Positions 13,836 to 26,617 of a stretch of 64,000 nucleotides of DNA are shown one piece after another; the first letter of the stretch is position 1, and every line of letters begins with the position of its first letter. The DNA is from Octopus vulgaris (Eukaryota): the NCBI GenBank assembly GCA_951406725.2, contig OX597814.1, forward strand, positions 221,154,001 to 221,218,000, in the 5' to 3' direction. The position numbers and the translations under genes are program-made. The notes under the pieces are model-generated. The model worked only from the letters and a program-made list of their open reading frames with translations, did not search any database and was not told where the DNA came from.

Positions 13836-13925
<90 letters not shown>
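13761..13925. repeat. (GATA)n microsatellite
   Basis: Directly visible. Confidence 0.95.
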
Positions 13926-13944
13926 GATATAGATATTACATGCT

Positions 13945-14096
13945 TCTTTCAATTTCGTCTACCACGTCCATTTACAAGGCTTTGGACAGCCCAGACCAAT
14001 AGTAGAATACTCTTGCCCAAGGTATGACGCAACGAGACTGAACTCGGAACCATGTGTTTAGGAAGTAAATTTCTTACTACACAGTCACGTCTGCGT
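13945..14096 (-). mobile_element. SINE family B, 5' half
   Basis: Matches 24240-24398 (cttctttc...acaaggctttgg...ttgcccaagg...gaaccatgt). Confidence 0.7.
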
Positions 14097-14665
14097 CATG
14101 CACGAAATTTTTGTGGTGCATTGACCGATTCGCTTTCAACTTTTTGAGATATGCCATTCCAAAAGTTTTGGGTTCGCAGGTGAGATAATCAAGTAGTGAT
14201 TATTTCTCAAGGCGTTCACTACCGACTCATAAGATGATCACCTGTAGCATGTTTCTTTGTTATGCAATTTTTAGTAGATGTTGTCTGGGTGGTACCACAT
14301 ACCACTCGAAGGCTCTTTGTAGTGATCCTACGCCTCTTCCTTTCACTTTTCTTGAGAGATAGAGTCTGTTAATAACACAGTTTCTGTGAAGGTTTGCAAC
14401 TGATGTCAAGATTTTGCTGCTTCTAATGTCTACAAAGTAGTTTTCCTATGTAGAGTACTCAGGATAAATCCCCACAAATTGGTATCATTACTACTGGTAC
14501 TGGAAATGCTTTGTGGAATTATTTCTTGCGAGATGCTCTGACTGGCAAATCTTTTTAAAATCTTGTCGAATTCTCTTTGCTCAATCTTCCTTCGAATTAC
14601 CATTGCTGGTTCTATTTTCACATGGACTTATAGTTTCCTGCATTGTCTCATTCATTGTGTGGAAT

Positions 14666-14709
<44 letters not shown>

Positions 14710-14795
14710 CATAAAGAGAGAGAGAGAGAGAGGAAAGAAAGAAACAGAGAAAGACAGAGACAAAAAGAGAGGAGGAAGAGAGCACATATGCTAAG

Positions 14796-17216
14796 TGTTG
14801 TGTTTCATTATTATAGAAAATGTGTGGAAGGTTCGTAACGGTAAATTACGCCGGCACAAATCTTCTGTAGTAATTTGTCAGATCCACTATTTTATCAATA
14901 TCTTCCTTCGAGTTTGGTACCTGTATGTCCTTTAGTTTTGATACCAATTCCTGAGATGGAGAAATACTCTCTTCAGATATGTTCATTCCGAGGAAAGTCA
15001 AATTTCTTCTTCTGAAGAATAACTTTCCTTTGTTAATGGAGAACTGTGCCTCGGTTAGCATTGGTTGCAGCTACCGCATTTTCACTGCTCGTTAATTTTG
15101 CTTCGCTACTAACTTAGATGAGGATATCCTCTTGGTAGACCCCTGATTCCTTCGATCCCTTTTAATAGATTTTTCCGTGCAGTTCTGAATTCTTAAGACC
15201 CATTTGATGTCTGTCAACCAGGTAGAGACTGTTGGTTGTGTTGCTAGCACAAATCCACCTTGATTCATCCGCTAAAGGTATTTGCTAATATGGATGCTTT
15301 AAATCGAGAGTGGAGACATATTTCGCAGCTGACATACAGGAGAAGATAGTGATATGGGATTAATGATATGGGAAAAGAATAGGCGTTAATATGTGCATTT
15401 AAATGAGCCTTGTAATCGACACACATCCGAAGAGATCCATCTTTTTCCCTCAGCCATAACACAGGTGAGGCACATCTGTCTCCAGAGTAATCCGACGGTG
15501 TGATAATACCCATCATTTCTAACCTCTTTAACTCATCTTGTTTCAAGTGTAATGGAACGCGTCTCGTTGAACTCGTCACGCTATATCTCGCATCAGAGCA
15601 GTTAACTCGAACCACAAAAACCTTTAACCTCTGGGAACACCTCCATGTTTAAATTGAAACAAAACCAACTGTCTTGAATATCTTTTCCAAGCCCAAAAAA
15701 GTATGGGTTGTCTACCACAATAAATTTACGTGACTCGTCGGTGTTGTTGATTTCAAATGTCACTCGGATTGATCCAACAACCTTTAGATCTGAACCATCA
15801 AAATTGGTTAATCTATTGTGGTATGATTCGATTGGGATACCCAACTGTGAAGCAAATGAAAACGGGACTATCGAACAAGCAGCCCCAGTATCCACTTCCA
15901 TTTCTATGCTTCTGTTATTTATGGAACACTTGAAGAAACTCGTGTTATCTGCACTCTCATTGTTGTTCACGTTTAGCCACAAACTGTCGACAGATCCAGT
16001 CTCGCTTGGAGATACATTTATGTTGTCCACACGGCGATCGTTTTTAGATTGGCAAAATCTTGCAATCTTTTCCATATACTGGACACACACGAGCTTTGTG
16101 TGTACACCCACAATTTCGACATTACACTACATCCTCACGACTGCGGATATTCTTGTTGACGTTAAAGTTTGCTATTATTTGTCGACTACTCGCAGTGTTT
16201 CCGATTCTATGGTAGATGCGAAAGCAGCTATTTCAGTGTAATTAATTTTAGACTGACACCTTAACTGATCCAGAATGTTTAGCTTTAGATCTGCCGACGA
16301 CAATCCCGCGATGATGAAGATAAGTTTCATGGTCTCCTCTCTCGGATTTTCTTTCGACCTATTCAAATGATAGAGGGAAGCTTGAGAATTAATCCTCAGA
16401 AGAATGTCGTTGAAGAAAGTCGCTCTAATTCCAATAATTTAAACCTGTCTGCAATTAACAGTCTCTCCTTCGGCTTTATACGTTATTGCAACGCATTCAT
16501 CATTTGTTAGTATGTAATAGGAAAACAACATCTTTCAACTTCATTATGGTTTTAACTCGCTGGCAGAAAGAATTTTTGGCTTCTTTTTGACATCTTCAAC
16601 GTCGTCGCATTTAAGTTTTTCTTCGAAGTGTATCAACCAGGCATTAGCTTCTTCTAAATTGTTCAAGTTTAAATGTTTTTCTTATCTCATCCTCATCGCC
16701 ATGTTGTGTTTCATTTCTATTCATCGCCATATGTTGTATTTCATTCCTATAGAAAATATGTTGAATGTTCGTAACTGCAGGTTACAAAACTCACTTCCGA
16801 GGGCCACGCTGTACAGATCCTAGGCTGTGTGTAGCGGCATCGCCCCTTTTATGGCTGTTAGCCCGTTCATCTCATGATTTCCATGTGGTTGCACGAGACT
16901 TCCTTTCAGAGTTCTATATATATCAGGATACCAAATTCAAGCAATCTAATGCAACTAAAACACTAAGGTTCTCGTGTGTCGTTATGTTTTCAAATGTTTT
17001 TAATTCTTACTACAAAGAAGGAAATGCTTTCTAACAAAAACACGTTTCATAACTGAACTTCGGATGAGAAAAACGATCAATGTAACATGAAGTCTAGAAA
17101 AGTCTTGCATATTTTCACTGATCCACTTCGAGATTGTATTTGTAAACTGCGTATTAGTTGATTCCATTCTGTACTTGAAACTCCATGAATATATTGTAAA
17201 TGCACTTGGCAATACA
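14796..17216 (-). mobile_element. Internally deleted, decayed Ty3/gypsy LTR retrotransposon (5' LTR about 16732-17216, PBS, gag-like, protease, RT, 45-bp 3' LTR remnant)
   Basis: Protease MEVDTGAACSIVP; RT RRVPLHL...ASPVLWLREKDGSLRMCVDYK and LTFLG; PBS-like tggcgatgaggatg at 16688-16701; LTR end tgttgtgtttcatt...atagaaaa...gttcgtaac occurs at both 14796 and 16732; multiple stops and frameshifts. Confidence 0.85.
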
Positions 17217-17236
17217 CACACACACACACACACACA

Positions 17237-17286
<50 letters not shown>

Positions 17287-17351
17287 GTCGTGTGTGCGTG
17301 TGTGTATACGTATGTGTGTGTGTTATATATATATATATATATATATAACAT

Positions 17352-17462
17352 GAAATACAGTGTCTTGCTCAAGAACACAACACGCAGCCCGGTCCGGGAT
17401 TCAAACTCACAACCTCACGATCGTAAGCTCGACGCTCTAATCACTGAGCCATGCAGCTTCAC
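17352..17462 (-). mobile_element. tRNA-derived SINE head
   Basis: Minus strand has tggctcagtgattagagc (A box), gagtttgaatccc (B box) and ttgtgttcttgagcaagacac. Confidence 0.7.
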
Positions 17463-17539
17463 TCTGTACATAGTTAATTAATAAACATATATCAACAAAC
17501 AATATAGAATGGACCAGTAATTGTCACAACAAAAATAAA

Positions 17540-19110
17540 ATTATATCTTATATAAGGTTTGGTATCCACAAAGCCAAAGCCACGTGGACAGTTCGTTAGA
17601 CTCTATAAAGAAAAAAAAGTTAATTTTCTTCGTCGCGGACGTAAAGATACGCTCAGAAATTGAGAATTAAGTCTTAACATAAAAAAAAAACGTTAATGAG
17701 GACGGGTTGCTGCCCCTGGACCAGAGGATAAAACAACCCCTATAGACCCCAAAAGGCCTAACCAGCAAACGGCGAGATCCAATTTACCTGTAGGTAGCGC
17801 TTGAAGTGAACACATTTAGAAAATACTTCTTTACGACTATTTAACGCGCCAGGTTTCGTATGGTCCTTAAGAATTTTGGCTCTCTCCGCAATGCAGATTT
17901 TGCAAAGCTACTAATATTTGGGCCTGAATAATCAGCTATTTTCCAACTGATATTACACCGGGTCCCTTGATTTTTGAGGTGCCACGCATGGTGGGCCACG
18001 GACGTGACAAACCGTCTTTCTGAGACTCCTGAAGGCTGACTGGTGGTTGTGAAAGCGTCGTGTGAAAGATGTACTAGCAGATCCAATATATGTACAAACA
18101 TGGGATGTGGCCACATTCGCAATCCTGGCAACATATGGTGCGGGGCCGGGAATCTTATCAGTTATTTGACCATCATCTGTGGTGGTGGTGGTACTGGGAA
18201 TGCCGGATATTTCCTCTATGTCGCTGGTCCTGGATTGGTCATCACCTCTAGGTGTGGCGATTGTACTGGTAGTAACATATGCTGCGAGCCTGGTCACTCT
18301 GTCTGTGTCTATGATAAAGTTTGTTCATTATCTGTTGCGGTGGTACTGGGCTCGTCAGTTACGCCCTCTGTGACGCTGGTCCCGAACTGTTTATCATTTC
18401 TGGGTGTGCCGAGTGTACTGGCGTGAGATATAGTTGATCTGAAAATATTGCTGTTGGATGGTACATTGCTGGTAATCTGCATAGCAGGTCTAGGTATCAC
18501 CATAGCTTCATAGATGACTCCTTCATCCTCAGTTATTAAATACCTTGCAAGAACAAACTGCCTCCTTACTTGTATTGTGGGTATTTGTTAAAGTGTTATT
18601 TACGTTAGGTGCACAACTAATGGAGACTCTTAGGTTGTACCTGTTAAATAAATGTCTGTATCTATGTGTGTGTGTGAAATAATTGTCTATCAGTCTAAGG
18701 AAAATCTTTCCCACAGAAATCTTGACGTTGAGCGAGAATAGTGGAGCAAACTAAACGACATTTCTACGGCGTTTCCTTTTCCGGGTGTTAGGGCTTGGCA
18801 TGTAGGAGATGCAGTCCTTAAACCCTCTTGATGCCAGTGCCTCATTGTAGTAGGGGGCAGATATCCTGGTTCAAGGATAGATTCGGGATCCCCTTGCTTA
18901 CACTTTTCACTAGGTTCTTGAACAATATAGGGGTGGCAGGAGGCTGTGCTAATATAAGACAGTCTCTCGTTTGGCTTGTAATAGGGCCTGTATTTACCAG
19001 AACCCAGATCTTGGATAACATCTAAGACATCTACTGTGGTGAGATTAGTCTCAATGGTGATCTTGAGGCCCATTGAGCCTAAGGTGCTACTTAAGTCCTT
19101 TCTACGTCTA
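17540..19110 (-). mobile_element. 5'-truncated Penelope-like element (RT C-terminus, Cys linker, GIY-YIG endonuclease, 3' UTR), frameshifted
   Basis: GLKITIETNLTTVDVLDV...YRPYYKPN...HP; GKIFLRLIDNYF...FNRYNLRVSISCAPN; CSC; GVIYEAMV; YIGSASTSFTRRFHNHQSAFR; ISWKI. Confidence 0.85.
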
Positions 19111-20309
19111 TCGAGTGTGTGCGTGCGTGCGGGCATAATTATGTATGCGCGTCAAGCAATATCAGAACGCAGATACGTTGCTCTGTTTTTTTGTACGCAT
19201 GTGCGTGTATGTATATGTTATTGTGTGGATGGATGGACGCTTGTAGATATCTGTGCATTTGTCTGCAACTTTGCTTGTGTATGCGTGTGTGTTGGTGTCT
19301 CCGTGCGCATGAATGTTTGAAACTAGGTCACGAGTATTAATATCGAAGAGGAGACTTGAAATTTACATATTCTATTAGCTCTGAGGCTATTTGACATTTT
19401 TTCTGGTGAAACCTTAAAGGTATCTCGTTGCCAAGAAAACTCCAAATTAATTAACAGTAATGAAACGAAACAAAACAAAAGAAAAATCCAGACGAATAAT
19501 GAACAAAGAAATATCGATATTGAACCTAAAATATACGAATAAAGAAATCAAATTCAGCAAGCTTTAAGGCGGTGCTCCAGCATGGCCGCAGTCACATGAC
19601 TGAAACAAGTAAAAGAATAAACGAAAAGCTATATAGGAAAATAAACATTAAAAAAATAACAAAAGAGCATGAAAAATAATGCAAGAACGGAAAGAATAAT
19701 AGATAATAAACAGTAAAATAAGTTGTAAAAGATATAATCGAGGATGTATAGTAAATTGAAAAGCATATAGGGAAGAAATGAGAAGAACAAATTAAAGGTT
19801 GTATGAAAAAGAAGGGAGATAACTAGATTAAGAATAACGAAGGAGAAAAATAAGAGAAAACGGGAAACTGAAAAGAAAAGACACAAAAATATTAATGTTA
19901 GCATTCAGGACAGTGAAAAAAAGAATAACCTCTGATTAAAATGGTGTAAAATAAGCTTAGATATAAAATGTTTTTCTCGTTGTTGGATTGTTATTGTGCT
20001 TGTGAACGCTGATTGGTCAACCAACACATTTGTAAGCAAGAAGAATCGGCGATTCACACTTTCCATTACACATCCAACTCATTTCGTTTCATATATTACG
20101 TTAATGCCTTCTTTATGACTTAGCTGAAGAGAATCAATGCCCATAAATATATATCACACGCTCAGGATACACTCACTTATATATCCTTGTATGTATGTAT
20201 GTATGTATGTATGTATGTATGTATGTATGTATGTATGTATGTATGTATGTGTGTGTATGTATGTATGTATGTGTGTGTGTGTTTGTGTATGCAAATGCTA
20301 ACAATTCAA

Positions 20310-20470
20310 AATTACTTTCTTTTGAAAAAAGTTTATGGACAAACTTCATTAACAGCGACTCCACTTTGTAGCAAGAATGGCACAGAATTATTAACAAGTC
20401 CGAAAGATATTGTTGGGAAATGGAAAGAGCACTTTGATGAGTTTCTCAATAGACCCACTCTCTGTTCTTG
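20310..20470 (+). mobile_element. RTE-like LINE ORF fragment
   Basis: PLCSKNGTELLTSPKDIVGKWKEHFDEFLNRP resembles the RTE linker upstream of RT. Confidence 0.6.
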
Positions 20471-20584
20471 ATAATATACCTGAAAGACCCAGCTATCGCC
20501 AAATTGAAAGATGGAGAGGCCGCTGGATGGGTTAGGTGCAGAGATATGCAAATATGGTGTTGGACATCTCTGTACAATGGATGG

Positions 20585-20925
20585 AAGCACTCCGTCGGTT
20601 ACGACGACGAGGGTTCCGGTTGATCCGAATCAACGGAACAGCCTGCTCGTGAAATTAACGTAGTTCTTGGGGATATTCAGCGTGACACAGAGAGTGACAA
20701 GGCCGGTCCCTTGAAATACAGGTACAACAGAAACAGGAAATAAGAGTGAGAGAAAGTTGTGGTGAAAGAGTACAGCAGGGATCACCACCATCCCCTGCCG
20801 GAGCCTCGTGGAGCTTTAGGTGTTTTCGCTCAATAAACACTCACAACGCCCGGTCTGGGAATCGAAACCGCGATCCTATGACCGCGAGTCCGCTGCTCTA
20901 ACCACTGGGCCATTGCGCCTCCACC
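20585..20925 (-). mobile_element. SINE family C (tRNA-Arg-like head)
   Basis: Minus strand ggtggaggcgcaatggcccagtggttagagcagcggactcgcggtc...ggtttcgattccc; a second copy lies at 45665-46022. Confidence 0.85.
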
Positions 20926-20939
20926 CTGTACAATATAGA

Positions 20940-21100
20940 TCTATGGTTAAGAGATGAGGAATTATGTACATTATTTACATTAAACAGATATTTGTCCTCA
21001 TCTTGTTTGTTGTTAACACGTTTCAACTGATATACCCTCCAGCTTTCTTCGGGTGACTTGGGGAACCTGGGTTCTCGTTCCTGAGGTATTTTCAATGATG

Positions 21101-21159
<59 letters not shown>

Positions 21160-21232
21160 TAGGTCACTGCCTGGAATTGAAATCGGAATCTTGGGGTTAG
21201 TAGCCTGCGCTCTTAACCATTATGCCATACTA
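20940..21232 (-). mobile_element. Composite element: tRNA-like head, (AAT)n, then a hammerhead-like tail
   Basis: Minus strand tggcataatggttaagagcgcaggctactaaccccaagattccgatttcaattccagg, (aat)n, then cac CCGAAGA a agctg...cagtt GAAAcgt. Confidence 0.55.
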
Positions 21233-21471
21233 TTTCAGTCCCACTACTTGGCACGTTGGCTAGGTGTCTTGTACTATTAGAGCGGGCCGACCAAAGCCTT
21301 GTGAGTGGATTTGGTAACTGAAAGAAGAACATCGTATATATGCATATATGTATGTATATATGTATATATATATGTGTGTGTATGTGTTGTATGTACGTAT
21401 ATGTATATATGTATATGTATATATATATGTATATATATGCATATGTATATATATGTATATGTATATAAATG

Positions 21472-21507
<36 letters not shown>

Positions 21508-21508
<1 letters not shown>

Positions 21509-21717
21509 AAATGTAATATGTGACAATTATTCGGTAGCCATGATAAAACTCCGAGTTTCGGATGCCAAAGTGGAAGTCCACGCCGCCATCTCTTCAGTTA
21601 TCGGAGTTTTATCATGGCTACCGTATAATTGTCCCATATTACATTTACAGAGAAATTCCCCTATTTACATAATATCAAGGTCGTTTTCCATCTTTTGTTG
21701 TCTTACCGTTTTTATCA

Positions 21718-21720
<3 letters not shown>
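21508..21720. mobile_element. Fold-back insertion with 47-bp inverted arms (21508-21554 and 21601-21647), probably PLE-derived
   Basis: Arms differ at 2 positions; the loop holds a hammerhead core; flanked by dinucleotide tracts. Confidence 0.7.
21542..21602 (-). ncRNA. Putative minimal type-I hammerhead ribozyme with a canonical core
   Basis: Minus strand: gataa CTGAAGA gatg...catc c GAA actcggagt T ttatc. Stem I 5 bp, stem II 4 bp with a bulge, quasi-palindromic stem III, GUU triplet. Confidence 0.65.
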
Positions 21721-21751
<31 letters not shown>

Positions 21752-23479
21752 CTTTGTGTCTCTGCTTGTTCCCCCGCCACCGCTTGACAACCATGACTTA
21801 GCGGTTCGGCAAATGTGAACGATAGAATAAGTAACAGGCTTTAAAAAAAATAAGTACTAGGCTCGACATATTCGACTAAAATTTGTTGAAAGATGAGCCC
21901 CAGCATGGGCACAATCTAATGACAAACAAATAAATAAAAATATACGATATAAGATACACGAGAGATCAGAATCAAGCCGGTGGTTTGAAAGTATTCACAA
22001 GTGGGCAAACAAATACTTACATATATTTATTGTAGAAATGATGAGAAACACAGATATAGCACTCATTGGAAATACAAGCATAGCTAGCAGCTTGCGTATT
22101 CTCACACACACATACTCACACGCGATCAGCGTGTACGATCTCGCTGTGAGCAAATGTCAATATGAACGGTATGCAACATGGATGCCTGCACACAGAGCTA
22201 TGTAACTGTATACTCATACATTGTTATCTGTGCGCATGCGCATGTGTGAGTGTGTGTGCCTTCCCATGTACAAAGGCAAGACCCACAATACAAAATAAAA
22301 GTAACAGAAATATAATAAAAATTAAAAGCGCGATTTTCTAGTTGCGTTTTGCATAACGAAACATACATAAAAACCATCCAGGAGCAGAGCAGAATTAGAA
22401 AAAAGTAAAAGAAGAAACGTTCATTGAAATGTAAAAAGGGGAAACGTTTTGAGGGAGAATTTGATGCGTTGTTCTTTGTGTTTGGTGGAGCGTGCTGCTC
22501 TGCTGTGTACAAAAATGCCAGGCACCGAGAAGTACTTAATGGGGTGGCCAGGTGTATTGAAATGGTGGGCTACAGATTAGAGAAATCGATCATCCAGGCG
22601 ACGGTCTGTTTCACCAACACATTGAGTAATACAGAATTTACATTTGAACCAAATGCTGAATGTTGGCTGCAGGGTGGCTAAAATTTGATGGTGGTTGTCG
22701 CAGGATTTTGAACCCGTGATTGTCATGCTGAAATTCATATAAAGAAAGATGTGATGTATGCAGTAGACAAACTTAAAAGTACATGCTGAGTGTAGCGGGG
22801 GTGGGGTCAGAGAGTTTTTGGCTAATAGGTTAAAGTCTTAAAGGTACTTGGAACTCGCAAAAAGGTAGGGGGCAGGTGTGAAACATAGGAAAAGTTAATG
22901 GCTAGAAGAGAAAGTCTAGTACTTATGTTATCGGTTCTTTTGTCAAATCGTTAAGCTACGCTAACATACACAAACACTGGTTGTTAAGCAGTGATGGGGT
23001 GGGGACAAACACAGACACAAAAACACACAGAGATACACACACACGCACACACACACATAAAGAGTAAATCTCTCAAATAGAAATATATAGCAACACTATT
23101 GTACAGTAAAGTCTATTTGTCAATGCAACTTAGCAGTCCTGTGTAGGACAATGATACCACATTTTAGCCCAAGGAAAACATCTTTTCCAGCAGGCTACCG
23201 ACACATGATCTATGTCCATGTGCTGTGAGCAAGGGAGTCCACTTCTCCCTTTCTCACCGTAGTGATACCTGTAGACCAATGGTTTCTAGGTGATTTCCCT
23301 TCGTCGGTACAGGACAACCGCCGGTTAGAGATAGCAGCCACTCGCACTTGCTCACAGTATTTATTTTTAAATCGATTTACAGTCGCTCATCTCTTAAAGA
23401 GAAAAACAACTAGTTTTAAATCTCTGAGCGAGAAATATGTAGCAACAGTACTGTAAAGTCTATTTGCTTACGCAAAGCT

Positions 23480-23700
23480 AAAACTGTGAGCAAGAGCAAG
23501 AGCGAGTGGCTGATATCTCCAGCCGGCGGTTGTCCTGTAAGGATTTTATCAGGGTGTTTCTAAAGCGAAGCTTTGGCTGTCCTCTTGGTCGATGGCCCTC
23601 AATCAGTTCCCGGTAAAAAGCTACTTTGGCAACCTGTTTTCCTGTGTGCGCTCGAGTTCTCCTGACCATTATATCTGAGCCTGTGTCAGCAGGGCATCTA
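23480..23700 (-). mobile_element. RTE-like LINE 3' end fragment
   Basis: VAKVAFYRELIEGHRPRGQPKLRFRNTL matches the RTE ORF C-terminal motif (G.R.RGRPK.R). Confidence 0.65.
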
Positions 23701-23972
23701 TACTTGGCATCTGGGCTTGCACAAGAATCTTCATACTTGAGACTCTATGGTACCGTTACATGTTTAAGATCTGTCGAAAGCATGATTAATCTAATGTTTA
23801 TATGCATCCACTACTGATTGCATATTCTTGATCTTTTTGCGAACAACGCCTATCAATATTATTACGTAATTTAGAAGCAGCTGTCGGACCTGTAATGCCA
23901 TATCTTCTCCACTTACTATTTTGTGCTTTTGTTCTCTGTAAATCTATGTTGTTAATATATTAATGCCTAATA

Positions 23973-24398
23973 TACTCTTTTACTTGTTTCAGTCATTTGA
24001 CTGCGGCCATGCTGGAGCACCGCCTTTAGTCGAGCAAATCGACCCCGGGACTTATTCTTTTGTAAGCCCAGTACTTATTCTATCGGTCTCTTTTGCCGAA
24101 CCGCTAAGTAACGGGGACATAAACACACCAGCATCGGTTGTCAAGCAATGTTAGGGGGACAAACAAAGACACACAAGCACACACACACACAGGCATATAT
24201 ATATATATACATATATATAGATATACATATATACGACGGGCTTCTTTCAGTTTCCGTCTACCAAATCCACTCACAAGGCTTTGGTCGGCCCGAGGCTATA
24301 GTAGAAGACACTTGCCCAAGGTGCCACGCAGTGGGACTGAACCCGGAACCATGTAGTTGGTAAACAAGCTACTTACCACACAGCCACTCCTGCGCCTA
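23973..24398 (-). mobile_element. SINE family B, full length
   Basis: Head ggcgcaggagtggctgtgtggtaag...gggttcagtccc, accttgggcaagt block, internal (TA)/(TG) tract, tail ccagcatggccgcagtcaaatgactgaaacaagtaaaagag. Confidence 0.9.
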
Positions 24399-24801
24399 TG
24401 AATGTTTATCGTCTGAATATTTTCAGTCTTTGTCTCTACACGTATATATGCATTTATATATTATATAGTCTAGCGCAAGCGGTTTAATTAGTTCGTTTTT
24501 GTCAATATTTCCATATTTGTTCACCTGAATTCCTCTTATAGGCATTCGTTACTCTGCGAATTTACTCTTTCGTAAAGATTTTAGAGTAGAAGATCAAATG
24601 ATTTGAGCGCTACAAATTGTTTTCTATATTGCACAACTCTGGATATCATCTGTTGACTCTATGTACATATATACGTATGTATTCATGCGTGTACATACAC
24701 ACACATATATATATATATGTATGTATATATATATGTGTGTGTGTATGTATATACATATGTATATGTATGTATATGTATATATATACACATATATATATAT
24801 A

Positions 24802-25022
24802 CTAGCTGACCCTGTGCCGTAAAAATGGCGGCTAATTATAGTATTTTATATATAAATAATGTATAAAATAAGATACATTAATAATCACAGATACAAACAT
24901 TCACATACTTCCCTTGTACATGCTCTCACATACACACAAATACTCAAACAAAGTTGAAATGCTGTTTGATTTTTCTTTTCGACATTGAACATTCATCATC
25001 CCATTTCCATTTCACACACACA

Positions 25023-25083
<61 letters not shown>

Positions 25084-25453
25084 TCGCATACCTCCCTTAT
25101 ACTTACACACACAGATATACTCACACAAAGTTGAAACGCTCATTTTTTCTCCCTTCGTTATTCATCTATCACCTCTTCTTATTCACATGTTGTGACAGAG
25201 AAAAATAGAAGATACACGACGCGCTCTTTGCCACTTCCTTTCCCTCATTGCTATTACTTTCTATTACTCTCACTACCTCTCATTCACTGAATTACTATTT
25301 TCTCTCCTCTCCCTTCACTTATACTCTTTCTCCTACACCATCCTACTCCTACTCTGTGATTTGGGACAAATACATACATAGATATATACATACATACATG
25401 CATACATACATACAAATATATAAAATGACTACGCTCATTATTATATTAGGAGA
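24802..25453 (-). mobile_element. Non-autonomous Helitron
   Basis: Minus strand starts A|TCtcctaatataata and ends with a gccg...cggc hairpin followed by CTAG|T. Confidence 0.65.
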
Positions 25454-26533
25454 TGTATGCTAAAGAGCGAGGGATCGAGGGGGAGAGAGACAGACACGTA
25501 CATATGCACATTAATGATGTATATACGTATATATCGGTATCTATCAATCTGGCCGTGCATGTATGTATGTGAATTTAGAGAGCACCTCAAGCAATGAAAG
25601 AACCGCATAATCAGAAATGTAGTTATCATGAGACACAAACATATTTCATGAAATGAAAATAAAAGGAATGGGTCCCTGAAAACAAGGTTGTGTCACACGC
25701 TACCAAAGTTTTCATAATTCTCTTTGCAAAACCATTCCCCCTCGCGTAGGTTTATGCAATGAAGATTCCAGTTGTTTAACCAATGGAACTACTTTATCAT
25801 TATGCCGTAGGGTAATTAACTGAATAATCTTCATTGCTCGTACTCATAACATAATCTTCAGGCAGAATTAATATGAAACCTTGAATAAGAAATCCAATCA
25901 TTTAAATAAAATATGCAATATATTCGACGTATTATCACACAATTTTCGTTTACCTTTCTGTAACAATGCTGCGGTTAATACGACGCTATTAGCAGACCCT
26001 TAGCTCAAGATACCGTGTCGATGGATGAATCTAAAAGATGCAAGACGGACTCCTAATCTATTCATTCATACCTGCATTTGAGCAAAGCTATGATTTACTG
26101 TAAAAGATACGTACAATGTTACATGGATACGTTATAAGATAATGTGGAAGAGTGAAGTAGATATAGATAGACAGCTTTTAGATTGTCTTTTTAATCAGGA
26201 AGGAAGGCAATATTCATGATGGATAACTTGACGGATAGATAACTTTAATAAAATGGACTGGCATATATTGTAGATAGATGAATAAACAGATAGATAGATA
26301 AGCATACAGACATATCGATATGTGAGTGAATATGTATAGGCAGAGACATAAATAAATGCTGGGATAGATAAATAGTTTGACAGACATAAATATGGGACAA
26401 ATATATAGATAGATAACTAAGTAGAAAGACAGTCAAGCAGACGTTGAGACAGACTGATAGGGAGATATCTAGGTAGACAAAGATGGAAAGGTAGACAGAT
26501 CATAGGTGATATCTACATAAACACACAAAGACT

Positions 26534-26617
<84 letters not shown>

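Larger units (their letters stand above)
21233..21935 (+). mobile_element. SINE family B (head-truncated), split in its internal microsatellite by a fold-back insertion
   Basis: ggccgaccaaagccttgtgagtggatttggta at about 21285 and gcttgacaacc...acttagcggttcggc...cagcatgg tail at about 21780-21935. Confidence 0.75.

Noticed and set aside
20850-20925. tRNA genes at SINE heads (also 17352, 24330, 27240)
   Set aside because: Each continues into a SINE body, and I could not pair a proper acceptor stem.
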